Of a stretch of 34,823 bases of DNA, positions 17,734 through 26,561 are shown in pieces. The notes under the pieces are model-generated. The model was not told the DNA's origin. It saw only the letters and a program-made list of their open reading frames with translations, and did not search any database. Every line of letters starts with the position of its first letter. Within the stretch, counting starts at the first letter, position 1. The stretch lies in the UHGV virus genome UHGV-0362719; one strand, given 5' to 3'. Position numbers and translations under genes: made by a program. This DNA comes from a virus.

Positions 17734-18159
17734 ATGAAGAAATTATCCCTTTCACTGATGCTGAACGTGTCACTGGCGCTGATGCTGGCACTGTCCCTGA
17801 TTTACCCGCAGAGCGTGGCCGTCAATTTTGTCGCTGCCTGGGCGATTCTGGCGACGGTTATCTGTGCGGTTGCCGGCGGTGTCGGCGTGTATGCCACAGA
17901 GTATGTACTGGAACGCTACAGGCGGGAGCTGCCGCCGGAATCGCTGGCCGTGAAGATTGTCACGTCGCTGTTTTTGCAGCCGGTGCCGTGGCGCAGACAG
18001 GCGGTGGCTCTGGTGGTGATGGTGGCGACGTTTATCTCGCTGGTCGCTGCCGGGTGGATTTTTACCGCGCTGATTTATCTCGTGGTATCGGTGTTCTTCC
18101 GGCTGATACGTACGGCCTGCCGTCAGCGTATTGAGGGGCGGGAACCATGTCAAAGCTGA
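17734..18159 (+). CDS. lysA: Lysis timing protein LysA (membrane protein)
   Basis: 141 aa with several hydrophobic helices; P2 lysA position. Confidence 0.75.
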   Translation: MKKLSLSLMLNVSLALMLALSLIYPQSVAVNFVAAWAILATVICAVAGGVGVYATEYVLERYRRELPPESLAVKIVTSLFLQPVPWRRQAVALVVMVATFISLVAAGWIFTALIYLVVSVFFRLIRTACRQRIEGREPCQS

Positions 18160-18572
18160 TGATTGTGCTGGTTGTGTTGTTATCGCTGGCGGTGGCGGGA
18201 CTGTTTCTGGTGAAGCATGAAAACGCCAGCCTGCGCGCCTCGCTGGACAGGGCGAACAACGTCGCCAGTGAACAGCAGGCGACTATCACCATGCTGAAAA
18301 ATCAGCTTCATGTTGCCCTCTCCAGGGCAGACAAAAACGAGCTGGCGCAGGTGGCACTGCGTCAGGAACTGGAGAACGCCGCGAAGCGTGAAGCACAGCG
18401 CGAGAAAACCATCACGAGGTTACTCAATGAAAACGAAGATTTTCGCCGCTGGTATGGTGCTGACCTGCCTGATGCTGTGCGCCGGTTGCACCAGCGCCCC
18501 GCCTGCACCGACGCCAGTGATTGTCGCCAACGCCTGCCCGAAAGTGAGCCTTTGCCCGATGCCGGGCAGTGA
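18147..18572 (+). CDS. lysB: Rz-like inner-membrane spanin LysB
   Basis: 141 aa; N-terminal TM (LMIVLVVLLSLAVAGLFLV) followed by coiled-coil-like sequence. Confidence 0.75.
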   Translation: MSKLMIVLVVLLSLAVAGLFLVKHENASLRASLDRANNVASEQQATITMLKNQLHVALSRADKNELAQVALRQELENAAKREAQREKTITRLLNENEDFRRWYGADLPDAVRRLHQRPACTDASDCRQRLPESEPLPDAGQ

Positions 18573-18717
18573 CCCGCAGAAGAACGGCGATTTAAGTGCC
18601 GATATCCGGCAGCTTGAGAACGCGCTGGCACGCTGTGCCAGCCAGGTAAAAATGATTAAACACTGTCAGGACGAAAACGATGCTCAAACCCGACAGCCTG
18701 CGCAGGGCGCTGACTGA
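18427..18717 (+). CDS. lysC: Rz1-like outer-membrane lipoprotein spanin LysC (starts inside lysB, alternate frame)
   Basis: Track ORF 18310-18717; internal start MKTKIFAAGMVLTCLMLCAGCTS gives about 96 aa with signal peptide and lipobox (LCAGC), Pro-rich. Confidence 0.6.
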   Translation: MKTKIFAAGMVLTCLMLCAGCTSAPPAPTPVIVANACPKVSLCPMPGSDPQKNGDLSADIRQLENALARCASQVKMIKHCQDENDAQTRQPAQGAD

Positions 18718-19147
18718 TGCCGTCACGGTGCTGAAAACTAACCCCGATATGCTGCGGATATTCGTGGATAACGGGAGTATTGCCTCCACACTGGCGAGGT
18801 CGCTGTCATTTGAAAAGCGTTACACGCTCAATGTCATTGTGACCGACTTTACCGGTGATTTTGACCTGCTCATCGTGCCGGTGCTGGCGTGGCTGCGGGA
18901 AAATCAGCCCGACATCATGACCACCGACGCAGGCCAGAAAAAGGGCTTCACGTTTTATGCGGACATCAACAATGACAGCAGCTTTGATATCAGTATCAGC
19001 CTGATGCTGACCGAGCGCACGCTGGTCAGTGAGGTGGACGGCGCGCTGCATGTGAAGAATATCCCGGAACCTCCGCCGCCGGAGCCGGTCACCCGCCCGA
19101 TGGAGCTGTATATCAATGGCGAACTGGTGAGCAAGTGGGATGAATGA
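18680..19147 (+). CDS. R: Tail completion protein R
   Basis: 155 aa (same as P2 R); synteny. Confidence 0.85.
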   Translation: MLKPDSLRRALTDAVTVLKTNPDMLRIFVDNGSIASTLARSLSFEKRYTLNVIVTDFTGDFDLLIVPVLAWLRENQPDIMTTDAGQKKGFTFYADINNDSSFDISISLMLTERTLVSEVDGALHVKNIPEPPPPEPVTRPMELYINGELVSKWDE

Positions 19148-19592
19148 GTTTAAGCGTTTTGAAGACCGGCTGACCGGACTGATTGAATCGCTGTCACCGT
19201 CAGGGCGTCGGCGACTGAGTGCCGAACTGGCGAAACGCCTGCGGCAGAGTCAGCAGCGTCGGGTGATGGCACAGAAAACTCCGGACGGCACACCCTACGC
19301 GCCACGCCAGCAGCAGAGCGCCAGAAAAAAGACCGGTCGTGTTAAGCGAAAAATGTTTGCGAAACTTATCACCAGTCGTTTTTTGCATATCCGCGCCAGC
19401 CCGGAACAGGCATCAATGGAGTTTTACGGCGGGAAGTCACCGAAAATCGCCAGTGTGCATCAGTTCGGTCTGTCGGAAGAAAACCGGAAAGACGGTAAGA
19501 AAATTGATTATCCGGCGCGTCCTCTGCTCGGCTTTACCGGTGAGGATGTGCAGATGATTGAAGAGATTATCCTGGCTCACCTTGAGCGTTAG
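19140..19592 (+). CDS. S: Tail completion protein S
   Basis: 150 aa (same as P2 S); synteny. Confidence 0.85.
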   Translation: MNEFKRFEDRLTGLIESLSPSGRRRLSAELAKRLRQSQQRRVMAQKTPDGTPYAPRQQQSARKKTGRVKRKMFAKLITSRFLHIRASPEQASMEFYGGKSPKIASVHQFGLSEENRKDGKKIDYPARPLLGFTGEDVQMIEEIILAHLER

Positions 19593-19626
19593 TTTTATCC
19601 AGGCAGAGGCTGATGCGCAATTAAGC

Positions 19627-19653
19627 ATTGAGCGGCCGTGCTGGTCGCTCAAT
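19627..19653. terminator. Inverted repeat between S (+) and the convergent cargo ORF (-)
   Basis: Seen: ATTGAGCGGCC / GGTCGCTCAAT stem with short loop; no clear T-tract, so terminator function is uncertain. Confidence 0.35.
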
Positions 19654-19663
19654 ATTTAGAGGT

Positions 19664-20449
19664 TTATGAGTGGTTTTTATTTGATGCTTTGTATTCTAAA
19701 ACCTTCTTATTGGCGTAAAGGAATTTTGTATATGACAGGAATATAAGCAGACCTGAAATGAAATAGGTTAGGGACATTATTAATAATGTTTTTCTGTAGC
19801 TGTTATTATCTTTAATCTCCTGACTTAACCATTCGGAGTCCTCCTTGTTTAGCTGTAAGAGCTTATTGCAGGCGATCTCGGGAAGTGTGTCTTTTATAAA
19901 TACGTTTTGCAGACTCTTGCAATCGGCAAGGCTATAAGTTTTATTAAATTCAACCGTTTTATTTTTGAAGGATAAAAGAACTTTGTCACTATAAACATAG
20001 TACATCATATTTTTATATGGTATACCTATGGCATCCCTTACTATAGCGGATTGTTCATTGTGTATATAACATGCGAAGAGAATATAAATAATACTGGCCA
20101 GAATTACAATTGTTGTTTTAATTATGTGTGGTGGTTTTGTTATGTCACCCCAGAAGCGAGTAAGGAAAAAATACGATGTTTTTAGTTTTCCATCAATCAG
20201 CCCCTGCTGTATCATTCTCACATCTTCGATGCCTGATACATTGATTCCGTTAATTATTTTAAATAGTTGAATGTCGCGCCATTTTTTGTCGAGCATTTTT
20301 AACTTTCTGTCTGAATACTCAAGATTGAAATGATGTGCAATAAACCTCATAAGATTACTTTTACCAAAGGTAACAAATGTTAATGCTATTAATAAAAATA
20401 GATACAAAGAGATAAACCACCACGCATTAGTCACATTATCACTGAACAT
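19664..20449 (-). CDS. Cargo multi-pass membrane protein (261 aa) at the S-V junction (P2 orf30 position)
   Basis: Track ORF on the opposite strand to the late operons; very AT-rich; hydrophobic helices seen (WWFISLYLFLLIALTFVTF, TIVILASIIYILFACYIH, LLIMSLTYFISGLLIFL). Confidence 0.6.
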   Translation of the reverse strand: MFSDNVTNAWWFISLYLFLLIALTFVTFGKSNLMRFIAHHFNLEYSDRKLKMLDKKWRDIQLFKIINGINVSGIEDVRMIQQGLIDGKLKTSYFFLTRFWGDITKPPHIIKTTIVILASIIYILFACYIHNEQSAIVRDAIGIPYKNMMYYVYSDKVLLSFKNKTVEFNKTYSLADCKSLQNVFIKDTLPEIACNKLLQLNKEDSEWLSQEIKDNNSYRKTLLIMSLTYFISGLLIFLSYTKFLYANKKVLEYKASNKNHS

Positions 20450-20532
20450 TACGCTCTCCTCGAATGTTGTATGGTCGTTCTACAAATGAATCCAGATAGC
20501 ATAACTTTTATATATTGTGCAATCTCACACGC

Positions 20533-21168
20533 ATGAACACTCTCGCAAATATTCAGGAACTCGCGCGCGCACTGCGCAACATGATCCGCACCGGCATTAT
20601 CGTCGAAACCGACCTTAATGCCGGTCGCTGCCGTGTGCAGACCGGCGGCATGTGCACCGACTGGCTTCAGTGGCTGACCCATCGCGCCGGGCGTTCGCGC
20701 ACATGGTGGGCACCTTCCGTGGGGGAACAGGTGCTGATTCTGGCCGTGGGTGGTGAACTCGACACGGCGTTCGTTCTGCCGGGGATTTATTCCGGCGATA
20801 ACCCCGCGCCGTCTGCGTCGGCGGATGCCCTGCATATCCGTTTCCCTGACGGGGCGGTGATTGAGTATGAACCTGAAACCAGCGCGCTCACGGTAAGCGG
20901 AGTTAAAACGGCCAGCGTGACGGCTTCTGATTCTGTTACTGCCACGGTGCCGGTGGTCATGGTGAAAGCATCAACCCGCATCACCCTGGACACACCGGAG
21001 GTGGTCTGCACCAACAGGCTGATTACCGGCACGCTGGAAGTGCAGAAGGGCGGGACGATGCGCGGCAACATTGAACACACCGGCGGTGAACTCTCATCAA
21101 ACGGTAAGGTACTGCATACCCATAAACACCCCGGCGACAGCGGCGGCACAACCGGGAGCCCTCTATGA
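20533..21168 (+). CDS. V: Baseplate spike protein V
   Basis: Track ORF 20515-21168; start MNTLANIQ gives 211 aa (same as P2 V); first gene of the V-W-J-I-H-G block. Confidence 0.85.
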   Translation: MNTLANIQELARALRNMIRTGIIVETDLNAGRCRVQTGGMCTDWLQWLTHRAGRSRTWWAPSVGEQVLILAVGGELDTAFVLPGIYSGDNPAPSASADALHIRFPDGAVIEYEPETSALTVSGVKTASVTASDSVTATVPVVMVKASTRITLDTPEVVCTNRLITGTLEVQKGGTMRGNIEHTGGELSSNGKVLHTHKHPGDSGGTTGSPL

Positions 21169-21512
21169 CAGCGCGTTATCTCGGAATGAATCGCAGTGAT
21201 GGCCTGACTGTCACTGACCTTGAGCATATCAGCCAGAGTATCGGCGATATCCTGCGCACACCGGTCGGCTCACGGGTGATGCGTCGTGATTACGGCTCGT
21301 TGCTGGCGTCAATGATTGACCAGCCGCAGACCCCGGCGCTTGAGTTGCAGATTAAGGTCGCCTGTTACATGGCGGTGCTGAAATGGGAACCCCGCGTCAC
21401 CCTGTCATCCGTCACCACTGAGCGCAGTTTTGACGGGCGAATGACAGTTACGTTAACCGGCCAGCACAACGACACCGGCCAGCCAATTTCGTTAACCATC
21501 CCTGTGAGTTGA
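21165..21512 (+). CDS. W: Baseplate protein W (gp25-like)
   Basis: 115 aa (same as P2 W); overlapping stop/start with V. Confidence 0.85.
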   Translation: MTARYLGMNRSDGLTVTDLEHISQSIGDILRTPVGSRVMRRDYGSLLASMIDQPQTPALELQIKVACYMAVLKWEPRVTLSSVTTERSFDGRMTVTLTGQHNDTGQPISLTIPVS

Positions 21513-21516
21513 AACC

Positions 21517-22425
21517 ATGCCGATTATCGACCTGAACCAGCTACCCGCACCGGATGTGGTCGAGGAGCTGGACTTTGAAACCATTCTCGCCGAACGCAAG
21601 GCGACACTGATTTCCCTTTACCCGGAAGACCAGCAGGAGGCGGTCGCCCGTACCCTGACACTGGAATCTGAGCCTCTCGTCAAACTGCTGGAAGAAAATG
21701 CTTATCGTGAGCTTATCTGGCGTCAGCGTGTGAATGAGGCCGCACGGGCGGTGATGCTGGCCTGTGCCGCCGGTAATGACCTTGATGTGATTGGTGCCAA
21801 TTACAACACCACGCGTCTGACTATCACCCCGGCAGATGATTCGACCATCCCGCCGACACCGGCAGTGATGGAATCTGATACCGATTATCGTCTGCGTATT
21901 CAGCAGGCGTTTGAAGGTTTAAGCGTCGCCGGGTCGGTGGGTGCCTATCAGTATCATGGTCGCAGTGCTGACGGGCGTGTCGCGGATATCTCTGTCACCA
22001 GTCCGTCTCCGGCCTGCGTCACCATCTCTGTGCTGTCACGTGAGAATAACGGTGTCGCATCCAAAGACCTGCTGGCGGTGGTGCGTAACGCCCTGAATGG
22101 CGAGGACGTCAGACCGGTGGCCGACCGCGTGACCGTGCAGTCTGCCGCCATTGTTGAATACCAGATAAACGCCACGCTTTACCTTTACCCTGGTCCCGAA
22201 AGTGAACCCATCCGCGCGGCCGCCGTGAAAAAACTGGAAGCATACATCACGGCACAGCACCGGCTGGGGCGCGACATCCGTCTGTCTGCCATTTATGCCG
22301 CTTTGCATGTGGAAGGCGTGCAGCGTGTCGAACTGGCTGCACCGCTGGCCGACATCGTGCTCAACAATACGCAGGCGTCTTTCTGTACCGAATACAGCGT
22401 CGTGACCGGAGGCTCGGATGAGTGA
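21517..22425 (+). CDS. J: Baseplate wedge protein J
   Basis: 302 aa (same as P2 J); synteny. Confidence 0.9.
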   Translation: MPIIDLNQLPAPDVVEELDFETILAERKATLISLYPEDQQEAVARTLTLESEPLVKLLEENAYRELIWRQRVNEAARAVMLACAAGNDLDVIGANYNTTRLTITPADDSTIPPTPAVMESDTDYRLRIQQAFEGLSVAGSVGAYQYHGRSADGRVADISVTSPSPACVTISVLSRENNGVASKDLLAVVRNALNGEDVRPVADRVTVQSAAIVEYQINATLYLYPGPESEPIRAAAVKKLEAYITAQHRLGRDIRLSAIYAALHVEGVQRVELAAPLADIVLNNTQASFCTEYSVVTGGSDE

Positions 22426-22948
22426 TTCGCGACTGCTGCCGACCGGCTCATCACCGCTTGAAGTCGCCGCCGCAAAAGCCTGTGCGGAAATTGAAAAAAC
22501 GCCGGTCAGTATTCGTGAGCTGTGGAACCCGGATACCTGTCCGGCAAATCTGCTGCCGTGGCTGGCGTGGGCGTTTTCGGTCGACAGGTGGGATGAAAAG
22601 TGGCCGGAAGCGACAAAACGCGCCGTTATCCGCGATGCCTATTTCATCCACTGTCATAAAGGCACAATAGGTGCAATCCGGCGTGTGGTGGAGCCGCTCG
22701 GCTATCTCATCAACGTGACGGAGTGGTGGGAAAACAGTGACCCGCCCGGCACCTTCCGGCTTGATATTGGTGTACTGGAAAGCGGCATCACAGAGGCAAT
22801 GTATCAGGAAATGGAACGGCTGATTGCTGATGCCAAACCTGCAAGCCGCCACCTTATTGGTCTGAACATTACCCGGGACATTCCCGGCTACCTGTTTGCC
22901 GGTGGTGTGGCTTATGACGGCGATGTAATTACGGTTTACCCCGGATAA
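22418..22948 (+). CDS. I: Baseplate / tail-fibre attachment protein I
   Basis: 176 aa (same as P2 I); synteny. Confidence 0.85.
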   Translation: MSDSRLLPTGSSPLEVAAAKACAEIEKTPVSIRELWNPDTCPANLLPWLAWAFSVDRWDEKWPEATKRAVIRDAYFIHCHKGTIGAIRRVVEPLGYLINVTEWWENSDPPGTFRLDIGVLESGITEAMYQEMERLIADAKPASRHLIGLNITRDIPGYLFAGGVAYDGDVITVYPG

Positions 22949-22958
22949 GTGAGGAATA

Positions 22959-25277
22959 ATGAGCACAAAATTCAAAACCGTTATCACCACTGCCGGTGCA
23001 GCAAAGCTGGCAGCGGCAACCGCGCCGGGAGGGCGGAAGGTCAACATTACCACGATGGCCGTCGGGGATGGCGGTGGTAAATTGCCTGTCCCGGATGCCG
23101 GACAGACCGGGCTTATCCACGAAGTCTGGCGACATGCGCTGAACAAAATCAGCCAGGACAAACGAAACAGTAATTATATTATCGCAGAGCTGGTTATTCC
23201 GCCGGAGGTGGGCGGTTTCTGGATGCGTGAGCTTGGCCTGTACGATGATGCGGGAACGTTAATTGCTGTGGCGAACATGGCCGAAAGTTATAAGCCAGCT
23301 CTTGCCGAAGGCTCAGGGCGTTCGCAGACCTGCCGCATGGTCATCATCGTCAGCAGTGTGGCCTCAGTGGCGCTGACCATTGACACCACAACGGTGATGG
23401 CGACGCAGGATTACGTTGATGACAAAATTGCAGAACATGAACAGTCACGACGTCACCCGGACGCCTCGCTGACCGCAAAAGGTTTTACTCAGTTAAGCAG
23501 TGCGACTAACAGCACGTCTGAAACACTGGCTGCAACGCCAAAGGCGGTAAAGGCCGCATATGACCTTGCTAACGGGAAATATACCGCACAGGACGCCACC
23601 ACAGCACGAAAAGGCCTTGTCCAGCTCAGTAGTGCCACCAACAGCACGTCTGAAACGCTCGCCGCAACACCAAAAGCGGTAAAAGCAGCATATGACCTTG
23701 CTAACGGGAAATATACCGCACAGGACGCCACCACAGCGCGAAAAGGCCTTGTTCAGCTCAGTAGCGCCACCAACAGCGATTCTGAAACGCTGGCCGCAAC
23801 GCCAAAGGCGGTAAAGGTCGCGTATGACCTTGCTAACGGGAAATACACTGCACAGGATGCCACCACCGCGCGAAAAGGTCTTGTCCAGCTCAGTAGCGCC
23901 ACCAACAGTGATTCTGAAACACTGGCCGCAACACCAAAAGCGGTGAAGTCTGCCTATGACAATGCTGAAAAACGTCTTCAGAAAGATCAGAATGGTGCGG
24001 ATATTCCGGGAAAGGATACCTTCACGAAAAATATCGGTGCCTGTCGTGCTTATAGCGGCGCTTTGAGCACTGAAGCCGGAAACTGGACAACCGCTCAGTT
24101 TATTGAATGGCTGGATTCCCGTGGTGCATTTAATCATCCGTACTGGATGTGCAAAGGCTCCTGGTCATATGCAAATAACAAAATCATTACGGATACCGGA
24201 TGTGGTGATATCCACCTGGCTGGTTGTGTCGTCGAGGTCATGGGAACAAAATCTGCAATCACTATTCGAGTGACCACGCCGACAACATCAAGCGGTGGCG
24301 GTACAACCAGCGCGCAATTCACTTACATTAATCATGGGGACGGCTACTCCCCCGGCTGGCGTCGTGACTGGAATCGTCAGGGCGACGCAATGACCGGAAC
24401 GATTAATCAGGATGGCGGAAGCCAGAATGCCTATATGTCTACGGCCTTATGTTCAGGCACCAGAGGCGGCAAAAAATATCTCAGAAAGTTTCGTGGTGGA
24501 GAAGGAGACACTATCTGGCATGAAACAGTGCAGGGCGGGGTAATTCGCTGGGCGACAGGAAACTATGACGCTCAGGAAGAATTATCACTCAGCTCCGCTT
24601 ATGGTCTCCGTTCTAGAGGTGAAATTACATCACTCAGTGCTAATGGTCTGCGCATTGCTTATGGCAATTATGGATTCTTTATCAGGAATGATGGTGGCAG
24701 CACATATTTAATGCTGACGGCCTCTGGTGATAAATTTGGGACATGGAACGGTTTAAGGCCGCTGACTATCAATAACGCTAATGGCGGAGTGTCAATGGGG
24801 CATGGCCTGAGTGTTACTGGTGATATTGCCTCAAGTACCAAAGTACGTGCCGGTAGCGGGAAAAAGTTCACGGTCAGCAGCAGCAATACATCCACGAAGG
24901 AAGCCGCATTCAATTTGTGGGGAAACTCAAGTCGTCCTGTGGTGGCTGAATTAGGTGATGATGCAGGCTGGCATTTTTACAGTCAGAGAAATACAGATAA
25001 CAGCATCACTTTTGCTGTTAACGGGCAGGTATCACCATCTAACTATAGTAATTTTGATTCACGCTATGTCCGGGATATCCGGCTTGGTGGTGCTGCCACA
25101 TACAAACCTGCGAACAATGGCATGACATGGACACATCAGGCACCGTCCGGGTGTGTATATTCCGGCATTATTGTTCAGGATACCGGCTCAAACTCTGCCG
25201 ATAACATTGGTGGCGTATATTACAGACCGGTTCAGAAATACATTAACGGGACATGGTACAACGTGGCGCAGGTATAA
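22959..25277 (+). CDS. H: Tail fibre protein H (extended, repeat-containing, mosaic C-terminus)
   Basis: 772 aa; N-terminal about 170 aa is the conserved P2 H baseplate-attachment region (MSTKFKTVITTAGAAKLAAATAPGG...); central 44-aa tandem repeats; Gly/Ser-rich C-terminal half. P2 H is about 669 aa by recollection. Confidence 0.9.
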   Translation: MSTKFKTVITTAGAAKLAAATAPGGRKVNITTMAVGDGGGKLPVPDAGQTGLIHEVWRHALNKISQDKRNSNYIIAELVIPPEVGGFWMRELGLYDDAGTLIAVANMAESYKPALAEGSGRSQTCRMVIIVSSVASVALTIDTTTVMATQDYVDDKIAEHEQSRRHPDASLTAKGFTQLSSATNSTSETLAATPKAVKAAYDLANGKYTAQDATTARKGLVQLSSATNSTSETLAATPKAVKAAYDLANGKYTAQDATTARKGLVQLSSATNSDSETLAATPKAVKVAYDLANGKYTAQDATTARKGLVQLSSATNSDSETLAATPKAVKSAYDNAEKRLQKDQNGADIPGKDTFTKNIGACRAYSGALSTEAGNWTTAQFIEWLDSRGAFNHPYWMCKGSWSYANNKIITDTGCGDIHLAGCVVEVMGTKSAITIRVTTPTTSSGGGTTSAQFTYINHGDGYSPGWRRDWNRQGDAMTGTINQDGGSQNAYMSTALCSGTRGGKKYLRKFRGGEGDTIWHETVQGGVIRWATGNYDAQEELSLSSAYGLRSRGEITSLSANGLRIAYGNYGFFIRNDGGSTYLMLTASGDKFGTWNGLRPLTINNANGGVSMGHGLSVTGDIASSTKVRAGSGKKFTVSSSNTSTKEAAFNLWGNSSRPVVAELGDDAGWHFYSQRNTDNSITFAVNGQVSPSNYSNFDSRYVRDIRLGGAATYKPANNGMTWTHQAPSGCVYSGIIVQDTGSNSADNIGGVYYRPVQKYINGTWYNVAQV
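23478..23960 (+). repeat. Tandem 132-bp (44-aa) repeats, about 3.6 copies, inside tail fibre gene H
   Basis: Seen in the translation: KG(F/L)(T/V)QLSSATNS(T/D)SETLAATPKAVKAAYDLANGKYTAQDATTAR repeated 3 times plus a partial 4th. Minus-strand track ORFs 23489-23734 and 23493-24137 show the same periodicity. Confidence 0.85.
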
Positions 25278-25280
25278 TTT

Positions 25281-25808
25281 ATGCAGCATTTGATAAATAT
25301 AACGGCAGGTAATCCAAAAACGGTTGAACAATATCAATTGACAAAGGACTTTGATGTTGTCTGGTTTTTTACAGAAGATGGTAAGAACTGGTACGAAGAA
25401 CAAAAGTATTTTGCTGATGACACGATAAAAATAGCGTACGACAAAGATAATATTATCCGCTATGTAGAAAAGGATGTGACAGCTATCAGACCGGATGGAT
25501 TAAGTGTTGTTGAAGTGCCGGATATTACTGCTAACCGACGGGCGGACATTTCAGGGAACTGGATGTTTAAGGACGGCAAAGTGATTAAACGCATTTATAC
25601 GGCAGAGGAATTACAACAGCAGGCAGAAATTCGGAAAGCCAGACTTCTTGCAGATGCTGAATCCGTGATTTTGCCGCTGGAGCGCGCTGTCAGGCTGAAT
25701 ATGGCAACAGAGGAGGAGCGCACACGGCTGGAGGCTTGGGAACGCTACAGCGTTTTGGTCAGTCGTGTGGATCCTGCAAATCCTGAATGGCCGGAAATGC
25801 CGCAATAA
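25281..25808 (+). CDS. G: Tail fibre assembly chaperone G
   Basis: 175 aa (same as P2 G), immediately after H. Confidence 0.8.
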   Translation: MQHLINITAGNPKTVEQYQLTKDFDVVWFFTEDGKNWYEEQKYFADDTIKIAYDKDNIIRYVEKDVTAIRPDGLSVVEVPDITANRRADISGNWMFKDGKVIKRIYTAEELQQQAEIRKARLLADAESVILPLERAVRLNMATEEERTRLEAWERYSVLVSRVDPANPEWPEMPQ

Positions 25809-25983
25809 GTTGTATAAGCTCTGGTGTGAGATTACATATCTATGGCACAGAGTAAAGCCTAATCTGGCAGTCCGCTCTGTGCCATTACCGGACATACTGA
25901 GCAGAAGGCTAAAAAGGACGCTTTCAGGACATATAGCAAGGGAGCAAAGATGAAAGAATTAACCCAGTAATGATAGTTTCTGA

Positions 25984-26010
25984 ATTAAAGGGGGCTACCC
26001 ACCCCCTTTA
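25984..26010. terminator. Strong GC hairpin after the stop of the leftward cargo ORF
   Basis: Seen: TTAAAGGGGG-CTACCCA-CCCCCTTTAA (10-bp stem, 7-nt loop) with A/T-rich flanks, 2 bp from the stop of ORF 26012-26290 (-). Confidence 0.55.
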
Positions 26011-26011
26011 A

Positions 26012-26290
26012 TTACTTGTTCCACTCAGTCAGAATTTGGTTACTAACTTCATCTGAGAGATTGTACCAATAAGCTGAGTTATTGGTTGCGTCTACAACAA
26101 TAAGCTTATCATCACTATCCATGACCGCCCTCACAATTTTGGCTGCATCCTCGGCAGAGTAACTACAGTTAACATACCAGTTCGATTCAGTTGTTAAAGC
26201 CCAATTTCCTAAAGATTTAATTGCATCATACACAGCCGCATAATCTTTCGTTTTAATGAGGTCGTAAGTAATAAATAAATTATTAGCCAT
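26012..26290 (-). CDS. Cargo hypothetical protein (92 aa) at the G-FI (Z/fun) position
   Basis: Track ORF, AT-rich, opposite strand to the tail operons, followed by a hairpin terminator; no recognisable motif. Confidence 0.5.
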   Translation of the reverse strand: MANNLFITYDLIKTKDYAAVYDAIKSLGNWALTTESNWYVNCSYSAEDAAKIVRAVMDSDDKLIVVDATNNSAYWYNLSDEVSNQILTEWNK

Positions 26291-26342
26291 AAATCATCTC
26301 CCAAAGGACAAAGAAAAAAGCGCCTAGAAAGGCGCTCATATA

Positions 26343-26561
26343 TTAATGGTCTTTAAGCCATGCCTGTACTTTCTTAGCCGAATGACCTACAGCCTGTACG
26401 GCTTGAACAAGTTTGGCCTCGCTAACTCCAAACTTTTCAGCCCAATCACGTCTCTCGTAATCCTGTTTGATACTTATTAAATCATTGTCAGGGGTACCGA
26501 TTTTGGTCTTATCATCAGCCATTTTACTGATTCCTCGTGATACAGGCTTATACCTGCCCAT
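26343..26561 (-). CDS. Cargo small protein, DUF3606-like (by-eye resemblance)
   Basis: Track ORF (72 aa; alternative start MADDKTKIG gives about 59 aa). Segment DWAEKFGVSEAKLVQAVQAVGHSAKKVQAWL resembles DUF3606-family small proteins from memory. Confidence 0.45.
   Translation of the reverse strand: MGRYKPVSRGISKMADDKTKIGTPDNDLISIKQDYERRDWAEKFGVSEAKLVQAVQAVGHSAKKVQAWLKDH

Noticed and set aside
20450-20532. Tried to assign an Ogr-dependent late promoter (TGT-N12-ACA dyad) upstream of V, and likewise upstream of O and FI
   Set aside because: Only imperfect matches were found (for example TGT-N11-ACA near 20466-20482); the spacing does not fit the consensus as I remember it, so no promoter feature is called.
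23489-24137. Minus-strand ORFs within tail fibre gene H whose translations are also repetitive
   Set aside because: The repetitiveness is just the antisense image of the 132-bp tandem repeats in H; they are not independent genes.
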